DNA of 64,000 nt from Alphaproteobacteria bacterium (GTDB lineage Bacteria; Pseudomonadota; Alphaproteobacteria; RF32; CAG-239), in contig JAFUXF010000021.1 in NCBI GenBank assembly GCA_017477185.1, positions 267 to 64,266 of the forward strand, given 5' to 3'. Within the stretch, counting starts at the first letter, position 1. Every line of letters starts with the position of its first letter. Both the position numbers and the translations under genes were made by a program. Positions 18,796 through 28,374 of the stretch are shown in pieces. Under the pieces are notes generated by a model that did not search any database, was not told the origin of the DNA, and saw only the letters and a program-made list of their open reading frames with translations.

Positions 18796-19511
18796 TTGAT
18801 AAACTCCACTGAATTTTGATAGACCTGTTTTGCTAATTCTTCCGCATTTTCCTGCCGCAAAAGAGCAATTTGCTTTGCTTGCTCTATAACTCGCCACGGA
18901 TAATTTGCCTGAAACGGCGCATCAGTTTCAAATAATAACTTATTTTGAGGGATAAGATTGAGAATCTCCTTAGCTTTGGGCGTTTTCAGCAAACCCGCAC
19001 CTACGCCGATATATCCGCCTTTTTGAATAATTCTCTTCAAAAATTCCGCCTTGTCATTAAATCCGTGGATGACAAATTTTTCAGGTAAATCATCCCAAAA
19101 ATCTTCCATGAGTGAAACCGCTTTAACCGCATGAATAATCAAAGGTCTTTGAAACTGATGAGCTAATTTAATCTGCTCGGCAAAAAGGCTTTCCTGTTTT
19201 TCAATTTCAGGCTTTAACCCATCTAGCCCACACTCCCCGACAAGAGCATAAGGAAATTTTTGCATTTTTTCAATCAGACGATTTTGCCAACCTGTTTTAA
19301 CGGATGTCGTATACCACGGGTGCAAACCGAATGCGGGAACAATTATCTCGGAAAATTGTTTTGACAGATGTTCTATTTTATCCCAATCTTCTTCTTGAGC
19401 GGCGACACAAACCAATTTTTCCGCCCCTTTTTCTTTGGCGCGATTGATAATCTCCGTTGCATTATTTGACTTATCGTCTTGCAAATGAATATGGGTATCG
19501 ATAAACTGCAT
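18792..19511 (-). CDS. TatD-family metal-dependent hydrolase
   Basis: MQFIDTHIHL is at the N-terminus. GECGLD, IIHAV and ETDAP motifs are present. Confidence 0.85.
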   Translation of the reverse strand: MQFIDTHIHLQDDKSNNATEIINRAKEKGAEKLVCVAAQEEDWDKIEHLSKQFSEIIVPAFGLHPWYTTSVKTGWQNRLIEKMQKFPYALVGECGLDGLKPEIEKQESLFAEQIKLAHQFQRPLIIHAVKAVSLMEDFWDDLPEKFVIHGFNDKAEFLKRIIQKGGYIGVGAGLLKTPKAKEILNLIPQNKLLFETDAPFQANYPWRVIEQAKQIALLRQENAEELAKQVYQNSVEFIK

Positions 19512-19553
19512 TTATTGTTGTTCCGTTTTATTTGACAAGGATAATAAGCTGTT

Positions 19554-20660
19554 ATGAGCATTTTGACAAGACCAATTTTAGAAATCAATCTCAATAATTT
19601 AGTGGCTAATTATAAATTATTGCAGCAATTGGCACCTCGTGCCGAGGCTGCCGCAGTTGTTAAAGATTGTGCTTATGGTTTGGGCGATATTTTGGTCGCG
19701 CAAACACTTTATGAGCAAGCCAAATGCCGATGTTTTTTTGTGGCTCACGGCGTGGAAGGTGCTAAAATCAGAGAAGTTGCGCCTGATGCCCGAATTTTTG
19801 TTTTACAAGGTATCGGAGAAGACAGTCTGGATGATTTTATTTCAGCTCGATTAATTCCCGTTATCTCCTCAAAAGAAATGCTCGCATTTTGGAAAGAACA
19901 CAAAATTCCGGGAATTAAACCGGCTATCCAGATCGAAACAGGGTTGAATCGTCTGGGGTTTCGTGAACATGATTTGGCGCAGATGAATCATGAGGATTTG
20001 CACGAATTCGGAACCGTCTTGTCTCATCTTGCTTGTGCAGATGAAAAAGATCATTTTATGAATCAGCATCAGTTGGATATGTTTATTTATCTTAAGGAAA
20101 CTTATTTTCCTAAGCTGGAAGCCACATTATCCGCTTCTGACGGAACGTTTTTGGGTAAAGAGTATCAATTTGATATTGTTCGCTTGGGTGCTGCAATGTA
20201 TGGTATTAACACTGCACCTTATCGTGAAAATCAGATGAAACCCGTCGTTAGGGTTAAAGCTCCGGTTTTAGAAATTGCTAACCTTCCTAAAGGCGAGTTT
20301 GTCGGTTATTCAGCGACTTATCGCGCAACGTCAAATCGTAAAATTGCGATTGTTTCCATCGGATACGGTGACGGTATTCCACGCTCTCTTTCCAACACGG
20401 GAAAAGTCTTTTTCAATATGTGCGACAAACTTCACGAAGCGCGAATTTTAGGGCGGATTTCAATGGATAACATTATTTGCGATGTGACGGATATTGATAA
20501 TCTTCAAATTGGCGATATGGCTGATATTATCTCTGATTATTATACACTTGATGATATTGCCCGGGATGCACAAACAATCAGTTATGAAATTTTATCCCGT
20601 GTCGGGAAAAATCCTCGTTATTTCCGTAAAATTAAATATCCGGAAGTCATTGATTTTTAA
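19554..20660 (+). CDS. alr: Alanine racemase
   Basis: The PLP-lysine region is AAVVKDCAYGLG. YGDGIPR and the C-terminal ISYEILSRVG are present. Confidence 0.9.
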   Translation: MSILTRPILEINLNNLVANYKLLQQLAPRAEAAAVVKDCAYGLGDILVAQTLYEQAKCRCFFVAHGVEGAKIREVAPDARIFVLQGIGEDSLDDFISARLIPVISSKEMLAFWKEHKIPGIKPAIQIETGLNRLGFREHDLAQMNHEDLHEFGTVLSHLACADEKDHFMNQHQLDMFIYLKETYFPKLEATLSASDGTFLGKEYQFDIVRLGAAMYGINTAPYRENQMKPVVRVKAPVLEIANLPKGEFVGYSATYRATSNRKIAIVSIGYGDGIPRSLSNTGKVFFNMCDKLHEARILGRISMDNIICDVTDIDNLQIGDMADIISDYYTLDDIARDAQTISYEILSRVGKNPRYFRKIKYPEVIDF

Positions 20661-20782
20661 TTTTTTTGCCATCATCTCGCTCTTAAGTGATATTTTGCAA
20701 CTAAATTTAAAAATATTATTGTATTTTTCTTCTAATCTGCTATTTTCGCAGAGGTTAAAACTTTTATTTAGGACATATAAAA

Positions 20783-22063
20783 ATGCTTGATATTAAATTT
20801 ATTATCGAAAATAAACAACTTGTCCGCGAAGGCTTGGACAAGAAAGGCTATACAAATATTGATTTGGATAATTTAATATCAGTACACTCCAGTTTGACTA
20901 AGCTTAAAACATCCTCACAGGCTTTAGCTGAAGAAAAAAACAAACTCAGTAACTCAATTAAATCTGCTTCTAACGAAGAACGGCCGGCTATTATTGCCAA
21001 AAGTAAAGAAGTTGGTGAAGAACTGAAAAAAGAATTAGCTGAACTTGATGAATTACAAGCAAAATTTGACGATATGATGCTCAGAATGCCAAACCTGCCA
21101 AGTCCTCAAGCTCCTCAAGGACCAGATGAAAGCGGTAATGTCGTTATTCGCAAAGTCGGTGACTTACCAAAGTTTGACTTTACCCCGCGTGATCATATCG
21201 AATTGATGGAAATTAATGACTGGGGCGAGATGGATCGTATCACCAAAGTTTCAGGCGCCCGCACTTATGCTATTAAAAATGAACTTTCCCGTTTGGAACT
21301 GGCTATCCATATGTTGGTTTTGGATAAGTTAGCCGCTTATGGATTTACCACAATTACTGTTCCATCTTTGGCTAAGCAAAAACCTTTGTATGGTATGGGT
21401 TATTTACCGTTTTCCGGTGATGAAATTTATTATATGCCGGCTGATGATTTATACCTCTCAGGAACAGCTGAGCTTGTTTTGAACTCTCTGCACGCAGATG
21501 AAATTTTGAATGAAAATGATTTACCGATTACTTATGCCGGATTTTCACCATGTTTTCGTCGTGAAGCCGGTGCTGCCGGTAAAGATACACGCGGTCTGGT
21601 TCGGGTTCACCAATTTATGAAAACAGAGCAATTTGTCATTTGCAAAAACGATATCAATGAAAGTGAAAAGTGGCACCAAAAACTTCTCAATATTTCTGAA
21701 GAAGTTTTACAAGATTTAGAATTGCCTTATCAGGTCTTGGATATTTGTACCGGTGATATGGGCGCACCGAAATATCGTCAATATGATTTGGAGGCTTGGG
21801 TTCCGTCACAAAATTGTTATCGTGAAACGCACTCTTGCTCTAACATTACCGATTGGCAAGCCAGACGCACCAACTTGCGTTATCGTGATAATGCTGACGG
21901 CAAGGTTAAATTTGCTCATACTTTAAATAATACCGGTATTGCCACACCACGCGCATTGGTTCCATTTATTGAATGCCACCAAAATGCAGACGGAACGGTT
22001 AATATTCCGGCTAAATTACAACCTTATATGAACGGTAAAACCAAAATCGGTAAAAATGCTTAA
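20783..22063 (+). CDS. serS: Seryl-tRNA synthetase
   Basis: An N-terminal coiled-coil arm (MLDIKFI...) is followed by class II motifs FSPCFRREAGAAGKDTRGLVRVHQF and GTGIATPR. Confidence 0.95.
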   Translation: MLDIKFIIENKQLVREGLDKKGYTNIDLDNLISVHSSLTKLKTSSQALAEEKNKLSNSIKSASNEERPAIIAKSKEVGEELKKELAELDELQAKFDDMMLRMPNLPSPQAPQGPDESGNVVIRKVGDLPKFDFTPRDHIELMEINDWGEMDRITKVSGARTYAIKNELSRLELAIHMLVLDKLAAYGFTTITVPSLAKQKPLYGMGYLPFSGDEIYYMPADDLYLSGTAELVLNSLHADEILNENDLPITYAGFSPCFRREAGAAGKDTRGLVRVHQFMKTEQFVICKNDINESEKWHQKLLNISEEVLQDLELPYQVLDICTGDMGAPKYRQYDLEAWVPSQNCYRETHSCSNITDWQARRTNLRYRDNADGKVKFAHTLNNTGIATPRALVPFIECHQNADGTVNIPAKLQPYMNGKTKIGKNA

Positions 22064-22100
22064 AAATAAAAAGCAGAATCTGATGATTCTGCTTTTTATT
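22064..22100. terminator. Bidirectional intrinsic terminator
   Basis: AAAGCAGAATC-TGAT-GATTCTGCTTT is flanked by A and T runs between convergent genes. Confidence 0.7.
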
Positions 22101-22478
22101 TCATTTAAGATATTCCACATCCTCCCACTCTTCACGGGAACCTTCCGGATAGAGTGTTAGGTTGGAGAGCATATACGTGTGCTTTTCTACAAAATCGACA
22201 CGAATTTTCTCTTCTAAGCGATTCAGTTCAATCAAATCTCCGGGCATAAAACAACCTAAAGGTTCACCTGGCGTCTCAAGTTGTTCTTCTTGAACATCAA
22301 CAAACAACTTGTGCTTAAATGTTTTTTTCTCTTTTCTCTCGTATTGGGCATCATTTTCATCATGATACTCAAATACCTTACTCTCACACTCCATACGGAT
22401 GGATATGAGATTCTTATCAACCCCTAAATGTCTTAATCTCCCGATAAATGACACACAATATAACTTTTCCATAGGCAA
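22101..22478 (-). CDS. Hypothetical protein (125 aa)
   Basis: The ORF sits between two terminator and promoter contexts. No recognisable motif was found. Confidence 0.45.
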   Translation of the reverse strand: MPMEKLYCVSFIGRLRHLGVDKNLISIRMECESKVFEYHDENDAQYERKEKKTFKHKLFVDVQEEQLETPGEPLGCFMPGDLIELNRLEEKIRVDFVEKHTYMLSNLTLYPEGSREEWEDVEYLK

Positions 22479-22558
22479 ATTTTTTTAATAATGAATAATA
22501 ATATCATTTGTTTTTCTGATATATCACGCACTTATGTATTTTGCAAGATAAATTTAGT

Positions 22559-23998
22559 CTATAATTGTCCAAGGGCTAATTCAACCCGACGCAAGGTCTC
22601 TTCTTTCCCTAAAACGACAGCTAATTCAGTTGCTCCTCCGGGGGTAGTTTCCTTACCGCTTAAAGCAATACGAACCGGATATAAAATCTGCCCATTTTTC
22701 ATTTCTTTGGCGGCGGCAACAGCCTTTAAGCATTCAAACAAAGCCTCATTTGTCCATTCGTTCTGATTCTTTAAGGCTTCATAGGCATATTGCAGAGCAA
22801 GTTTGGCAACCTGTTCATCCGTTTTCATTTTCTTATTGACGAACAACTCATTACCATAAGTCGGTAAAGTCTCAATAAAATCAACATTGTCAATAATATC
22901 TTGCAGGGTTTCAATACGCGGTTGTAAAACTTGGCTCAGTGCCTCAAGATTGACTTTACGGGTCAAGGCTTTTGCATAATAAGGTAATGCAAGTTTATGA
23001 AACTCTTGCGGATTTAAATTACGAATATACTGACCGTTCATCCATTTGAGTTTTACACCGTCAAAAATCGCCGGTGATTGGTGCAACCTTTCCGCCGTAA
23101 AACATTTTTTCAGTTCCTCTAACGAGAAAATTTCCTGCTCGGTTCCCGGATTCCAGCCCAGTAAAGCAATATAGTTCAAAATCGCCTCCGGCAAATACCC
23201 TTTGGCAACCAAATCTTGGAAAGAAGCATCGCCATTGCGTTTGCTCAATTTATGTTGCGCATCTTTCATAACCGGCGGAACATGGACGTAAATCGGCGGT
23301 GTCCAGCCAAATGCCTCGTAAATCAGGTTATATTTCGGGGTTGAAGAAATATATTCATTACCGCGAACAACATGGCTGATTTCCATTAAATGGTCATCAA
23401 CAACATTGGCAAAATTATAGGTCGGCATGCCGTCAGATTTGAGCAAGACACCTTCATCCAGTTCATCATAGTCAATCTCTATATCACCATAGACAACATC
23501 ATGAAATTTCGATTTGCCGGTTTTATTGATGGTTTGACGAACGGTGAACTTTTCCCCTTTGGCAATACGGGCGCGAGCTTCTTCTTTGCTGATAAATTTG
23601 CAGGGATCCTTAAACTTGGCAAATTTAGAGGCTAAATCTTCCTCTTCTGCCTCCTCTTCATCACCGGTATCAGCGCAGAAACAATAGTGCGCCCCACCCA
23701 AATCAACTAATTTGTGCGCATACTCTGCATATATGGCTTTACGCTCCGACTGCACATAAGGTCCGAAATTGCCCCCAATATCCGGTCCTTCATCCCATAG
23801 CATACCAACACGTTTCAGCGTTGCATAAATGATGTCGGTTGCTCCCTCAACGTAGCGTTTTTGGTCGGTATCTTCAATGCGCAGAATAAAATCCCCGCCT
23901 TCGGCTTTGGCGATTAAATATTCATACAATGCCGTTCTCAGGTTTCCTATGTGCATATAGCCGGTTGGGCTTGGTGCAAATCTGGTTCTTACTTTCAT
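22559..23998 (-). CDS. gltX: Glutamyl-tRNA synthetase
   Basis: RFAPSPTGYMHIGNLRTAL (HIGH-type) and KLSKRNG (KMSKS-type) are present. Confidence 0.95.
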   Translation of the reverse strand: MKVRTRFAPSPTGYMHIGNLRTALYEYLIAKAEGGDFILRIEDTDQKRYVEGATDIIYATLKRVGMLWDEGPDIGGNFGPYVQSERKAIYAEYAHKLVDLGGAHYCFCADTGDEEEAEEEDLASKFAKFKDPCKFISKEEARARIAKGEKFTVRQTINKTGKSKFHDVVYGDIEIDYDELDEGVLLKSDGMPTYNFANVVDDHLMEISHVVRGNEYISSTPKYNLIYEAFGWTPPIYVHVPPVMKDAQHKLSKRNGDASFQDLVAKGYLPEAILNYIALLGWNPGTEQEIFSLEELKKCFTAERLHQSPAIFDGVKLKWMNGQYIRNLNPQEFHKLALPYYAKALTRKVNLEALSQVLQPRIETLQDIIDNVDFIETLPTYGNELFVNKKMKTDEQVAKLALQYAYEALKNQNEWTNEALFECLKAVAAAKEMKNGQILYPVRIALSGKETTPGGATELAVVLGKEETLRRVELALGQL

Positions 23999-24009
23999 TT
24001 TTGTTTCCT

Positions 24010-25671
24010 TTACATTTCTATCAAAACTTTGGCGGCAGCACGCGCCTCATCTGTGATTGTCTCACCGGCCAACATACGCGCTACTTCCTCGTGTCTTTCT
24101 TTATCATTAAGCTCTTTAACACCAGTCGTCGTTACATTATTTTCGGTTGTTTTTTCAACCTTAAAATGATGGTTTCCTCTTGCGGCAACTTGTGGCGAAT
24201 GCGTCACAACTAAGACTTGGACGGTTTGTGCCAGACGCGCTAATCTCTCTCCAACTGCCTGCGCTGTTGCGCCTCCGACACCGGCATCAACTTCATCAAA
24301 AATCATGGTGCCTATCTGTGAGCTCTGCGCCAAATTGACCTTTAGTGCCAACATAAAACGCGCCAACTCACCACCGGAGGCAATTTTGTTCAGCGGTCCT
24401 TGCGGCGAGTTCGGATTGGTTGACACCGTAAACATCACATTATCAAATCCTTTTATTCCCCAACTTGACTCTTCCTCCTTTTCAACCACCGTAGTAAACT
24501 TGGCTTTTTCCATTTTTAAGGGTTTTAGTTCAGCCATCACTTGTTTATCTAGCAATTGAGCTGCTTGTTGTCGACAAGAGCTTAATGTATTGGCCTCCTT
24601 GATATAATTCAGCTTGGCTTGTTCTTCTTCTCGGCGTAAGTTATTCAGCCCCTCTTCGCCGCACTCAAGGCTTTGTAATTGTTGCTCAAATTTTTGCAAA
24701 ATCTGTGGAAGATCAGCTATTGCAGACTGGTGTTTGCGGGCAATACCACGAAGCGCAAATAAACGTTCCTCAATACTTTCCAGTTCATTTTGATTCATAG
24801 AAATACCGGAGGCTAATTCTTCCAATTCATTGACACTTTCGGAAACATCTATCGCAGCTTGTTCCAACATATCAGACAAGACTTTATACTTATCGTTTAC
24901 CAAAATATTGACTTTATCAATAGCATTTTGCGCTTGTCTTAAAGCCCCTTGGACATCTGCACCTTGCGTTAAAGCACCATAAGCATAATTGATACTTTCA
25001 ACAATCTTTTCTGCATTCATGAGTTCTTGTCGCCGTTGGCTTAAGATTTCTTCTTCATTTTCCTGCACATTCATTTTGCGTAATTCATCCACCCAGTGAC
25101 GCAAATTTTCTTCATCTTCTTTAGCTTTTAGGATATTTTTTTCCGCTTCAGTACGGGCATTTTTAGCTTGCTTGTAGCAATTATACGCAATCATAACTGT
25201 TTCCAACTTTTCTTTATAATTGCCATAAGCATCTAAAATATCTAAATGATTTGCCGGATTTAGCAACCCTTGATTATCAAATTGCCCATGTACCTCAACC
25301 AGAAATCGACCAATTTCTTTCAGTACTTTGACCGACACCTGCTGATCATTCAAAAAGATTTTACCTTTTCCATCCTGAGATAAACTGCGTTTGATAATAA
25401 CATCATCTTCAACCTCTAAATCATATTCATCTAAAAGGCGTTTAAACTCCTGATTCTTCGGTAATGTAAATGTTCCGATAACAGATAATTTTTCTTCACC
25501 TTGGCGGATGAGTCCGGTCTCAGCACGATTTCCCAGCAATAATCCTAACGAATCAAGCAAAATAGATTTACCAGCACCCGTCTCTCCTGTCAAAACACTT
25601 AAACCGGACTTGAAATCCAAGTCCAGTTTATCAATAAGCACAACATTGCGGATTGACAGGGATGTCAGCAT
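24010..25671 (-). CDS. recN: DNA repair protein RecN
   Basis: The N-terminus is MLTSLSIRNVVLIDKLDLDF...LTGETGAGKSIL. A long coiled coil follows. The C-terminus has ASGGELARFMLALK and MIFDEVDAGVGG. Confidence 0.95.
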   Translation of the reverse strand: MLTSLSIRNVVLIDKLDLDFKSGLSVLTGETGAGKSILLDSLGLLLGNRAETGLIRQGEEKLSVIGTFTLPKNQEFKRLLDEYDLEVEDDVIIKRSLSQDGKGKIFLNDQQVSVKVLKEIGRFLVEVHGQFDNQGLLNPANHLDILDAYGNYKEKLETVMIAYNCYKQAKNARTEAEKNILKAKEDEENLRHWVDELRKMNVQENEEEILSQRRQELMNAEKIVESINYAYGALTQGADVQGALRQAQNAIDKVNILVNDKYKVLSDMLEQAAIDVSESVNELEELASGISMNQNELESIEERLFALRGIARKHQSAIADLPQILQKFEQQLQSLECGEEGLNNLRREEEQAKLNYIKEANTLSSCRQQAAQLLDKQVMAELKPLKMEKAKFTTVVEKEEESSWGIKGFDNVMFTVSTNPNSPQGPLNKIASGGELARFMLALKVNLAQSSQIGTMIFDEVDAGVGGATAQAVGERLARLAQTVQVLVVTHSPQVAARGNHHFKVEKTTENNVTTTGVKELNDKERHEEVARMLAGETITDEARAAAKVLIEM

Positions 25672-25683
25672 TTCCGTTCAACC

Positions 25684-26424
25684 TTATTTTTTAGACACCA
25701 ATTTTTTCGCTTCTTTACTCCAAGAACTATCCGGATAATTATAAATCAGTACCTGAGCTGCTTTTCCTGCTTCATCATTTAAGCCCATAATAGTATAAAT
25801 TTCGGTTTGGCGATAAAGAGCCTCCTCAATATGAGAGGTAGTTTGATATCTGGTTACAACTTCTGAAAAACGATTGAGAGCAGATAAATAATTCTGTTGT
25901 TTCAGATAATATCTTCCGATTTCCATTTGTTGACCGGCTAAATGATCTATTGTTAAATCCAATTTTGCTCTTGCGTCCTTAGCATAATCACTATCCGGAA
26001 ACCGAATAATCACATTATTTAAGGCTTCCATTGCTTTTGCTGTTATGCTTTGATCTTTCTCAACGGAGGTAATTTGATCATAATAGCATAATGCTTTCAG
26101 ATAATACGCATAGGCAATGTCTTTGTTTCCTGGGTGAAATTTAATAAAACGATCCAAACTTATGATTGCATCATCATAAGAATAGTCCTTGTAATAAGCA
26201 TAAGCTCCCATTAGCTTAGCTTTAATTGCCCATTTTGAATAAGGGTACTCCAACTCTACCTGTTCAAAACTTTTAGCTGCTTTACTATAAGAGGTATCTT
26301 GTAATTGATTATAGGCTTGATTATAAAGCTCCTCCGCATTTTCCGGCTCTTTTTGATCGCTCACACAACCGCACAATAAACAGTTTAGACAGACAGCACA
26401 TAAAATGTTATGAAAATATTTCAT
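25684..26424 (-). CDS. bamD: Outer-membrane protein assembly factor BamD (TPR lipoprotein)
   Basis: It has a lipobox LLCGC and TPR-like repeats. Its position between lpxC and recN is as in other alphaproteobacteria. Confidence 0.85.
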   Translation of the reverse strand: MKYFHNILCAVCLNCLLCGCVSDQKEPENAEELYNQAYNQLQDTSYSKAAKSFEQVELEYPYSKWAIKAKLMGAYAYYKDYSYDDAIISLDRFIKFHPGNKDIAYAYYLKALCYYDQITSVEKDQSITAKAMEALNNVIIRFPDSDYAKDARAKLDLTIDHLAGQQMEIGRYYLKQQNYLSALNRFSEVVTRYQTTSHIEEALYRQTEIYTIMGLNDEAGKAAQVLIYNYPDSSWSKEAKKLVSKK

Positions 26425-26433
26425 TTTTTCTCC

Positions 26434-27291
26434 TTATCCGATTTGATAATTAGCAGAATCTGCAAACACTAGTTTTAATAACTCATTATTATGGTAATGT
26501 CCAGTCTTGTCCGCCTGATATCGACCATAAATTACAAAACCGGCCGTATATAAATCCCCTATAGCATCCAAAACTTTATGATTAACACATTCATTTTTTA
26601 CTCGAAATCCGCCCTCGTTCAGAATTTTATCACCATCCAACACAACAGCGTTTTCTAAACTTCCTCCTTTAGCCAACCCGATGGAGCGCAGATAATCGAC
26701 CTGAAATTTTTCGCAAAACGTGCGGCTGGGAGCAATTTGAGAGGCAAAAATCTCCGGCGTTAAATCAGCCTGAAAAACTTGATGTCCGACAATTGGCGAG
26801 GGGAATTCAATATTGAAATTAAGATTTAATTTATTTCCCTCAACAGGAGCGAGGCTAACCATATTCCCTTTATCGTCCTGAAAAGAAACTTTTTGTTTGA
26901 TGCGCAGAATTTTTCGCGGCGCATTCTGCTCAAGTAATTCTACCTCTGATAAAATTTCCCAAAACGGCTTGGCACTACCATCCATTATCGGAATTTCCTG
27001 GTTATCGGTCTCAATCAGTACATTATCAATGTGGCAAACTCTAAGTGTTGCCATTAAATGTTCAATGGTACTAACCAAATTGCCTTTTTTATCTCCGAGA
27101 CAAGTACAATTCCGCGTATCAACAACATTGTTGTACAGTGCTTTAATTTCAGGCTGATCAGCCAAATCAATTCTTTTAAAAATGATTCCCGTATCTGCCG
27201 GTGCCGGTTTTAAGACCAACTTGACTTGGCAACCGGAGTGCAACCCTATCCCTGAAACTGTTATCGGATTTTTTAAGGTTTGTTGCTTCAT
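26434..27291 (-). CDS. lpxC: UDP-3-O-acyl-N-acetylglucosamine deacetylase
   Basis: MKQQTLKNPITVSGIGLHSG, TIEHLMA and HKVLDAIGDL are present. Confidence 0.95.
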   Translation of the reverse strand: MKQQTLKNPITVSGIGLHSGCQVKLVLKPAPADTGIIFKRIDLADQPEIKALYNNVVDTRNCTCLGDKKGNLVSTIEHLMATLRVCHIDNVLIETDNQEIPIMDGSAKPFWEILSEVELLEQNAPRKILRIKQKVSFQDDKGNMVSLAPVEGNKLNLNFNIEFPSPIVGHQVFQADLTPEIFASQIAPSRTFCEKFQVDYLRSIGLAKGGSLENAVVLDGDKILNEGGFRVKNECVNHKVLDAIGDLYTAGFVIYGRYQADKTGHYHNNELLKLVFADSANYQIG

Positions 27292-27311
27292 CTGTTATCC
27301 TTTACATTAAT

Positions 27312-27690
27312 AAGGCAGTCTATAAGCCGAGTTCTGTCCCTGAAATCAGGGGATAGCTATTCATCTAATCCGATTGTTACCAACCGGCTCGTTGCGACCT
27401 ACCTCTGGGTGGATTAGGAACACTCCATATAAATATGACTAAAGCCACACTTCCCTAACTTGGTCTTGCATCAGACAGGGTTTACCTTGCCAAAAAACTT
27501 TACAGCTTTTGCGGTGAGCTCTTACCTCGCCTTTTCAACCTTACCCGAAAAAGATTCGGGCGGTAACTTTCTGTGGCACTTTCCCGTGGATTACTCCAGC
27601 CGGACGTTATCCGGTGTCTTGTTCCTTTGATGCTCGGACTTTCCTCACCCGCGGATTTTCCTTTCCGGAGTGCAGCTATCCGACTGCCTT
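27312..27690 (-). ncRNA. rnpB: RNase P RNA, bacterial type A
   Basis: The reverse complement reads GGCAGTCGGATAGCTGC...GAGGAAAGTCCGAGC...ACAGAACTCGGCTTATAGACTGCC. The P1 pairing is GGCAGTC/GACTGCC. Ends are approximate to about 10 nt. Confidence 0.9.
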
Positions 27691-27839
27691 GGGTGTTAGC
27701 ATAATACATTCCAAATGAATTTCAATAATTATTCAGATATTCATCATTTTTTTTGATTTTCTGTAGATAAGAATAGACAATCATTACAAGACTCTTCCGA
27801 AGAACAAAACAAGAACTCTTAACAAATTACTAAAAAAAT

Positions 27840-27878
27840 CCATTGATTACCATAAAATCCCATGATATACCATATAAT
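27840..27878 (+). promoter_or_regulatory. Four phased CCAT (ATGG) direct repeats abutting a TATAAT box upstream of mraZ: candidate MraZ operator and dcw promoter
   Basis: CCAT starts at 27840, 27850, 27860 and 27870, exactly 10 bp apart. TATAAT is at 27873-27878. The mraZ ATG is at 27907. Confidence 0.45.
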
Positions 27879-27906
27879 ATCAATTTTAAGAACGGGATAA
27901 TTGGTT

Positions 27907-28374
27907 ATGGGAAAGACGTTTCTTTTTTTAGACACCATTACAAATAAGGTCGATGCTAAAGGTCGTGTTTCTCTGCCTGCAGATTATCGAGAAATTGTTA
28001 AAGAACTCTCAACAGATATTGTTTGTTATCGTAGTTTAAGTGCGCCATGTATTGAGGGCTGTACAGAAGATTTGCTTGCCAAATTAGCTTCAGAAATAGA
28101 GTCTTCCTTAGATTTTTTTTCGCAAACACAAGATGATTTGACCAATTTAATCTTTGGCGATGCGCGTAAATTCAGTTTCGATTCCACCGGACGGATTGTT
28201 TTAAGTGAAAAGCTGTTAAAGCATGCGCAAATTACCGATATGGCTGTTTTTGTCGGTAAGGGACGCAAATTTCAAATTTGGAATCCTGAAAATTGGAAAA
28301 AAGAGGAAGCTCGGATTCGCTCAGAAGTTTTGAAGAATCGTCCTTCTCTGACTTTTAGTCGGGAGGATAATTGA
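27907..28374 (+). CDS. mraZ: Transcriptional regulator MraZ
   Basis: VDAKGRVSLP and DSTGRIVL give the duplicated SpoVT/AbrB-like halves. It is the first gene of the dcw cluster. Confidence 0.9.
   Translation: MGKTFLFLDTITNKVDAKGRVSLPADYREIVKELSTDIVCYRSLSAPCIEGCTEDLLAKLASEIESSLDFFSQTQDDLTNLIFGDARKFSFDSTGRIVLSEKLLKHAQITDMAVFVGKGRKFQIWNPENWKKEEARIRSEVLKNRPSLTFSREDN

Noticed and set aside
15089-18799. Numerous 60-170-aa ORFs nested in or antisense to the orphan 743-aa gene, the HydF-like gene and tcdA (for example 15532-15957, 16942-17382, 18278-18799).
   Set aside because: Each is fully contained within a longer ORF that has clear motifs or an RBS. None has its own start context.
19512-19553. 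TTGACA in the 42-bp gap between tatD and alr as an alr promoter.
   Set aside because: No -10 element lies at a workable distance before the alr ATG. The promoter is probably inside tatD.
27500-27709. 69-aa minus-strand ORF.
   Set aside because: It lies entirely inside the RNase P RNA gene.
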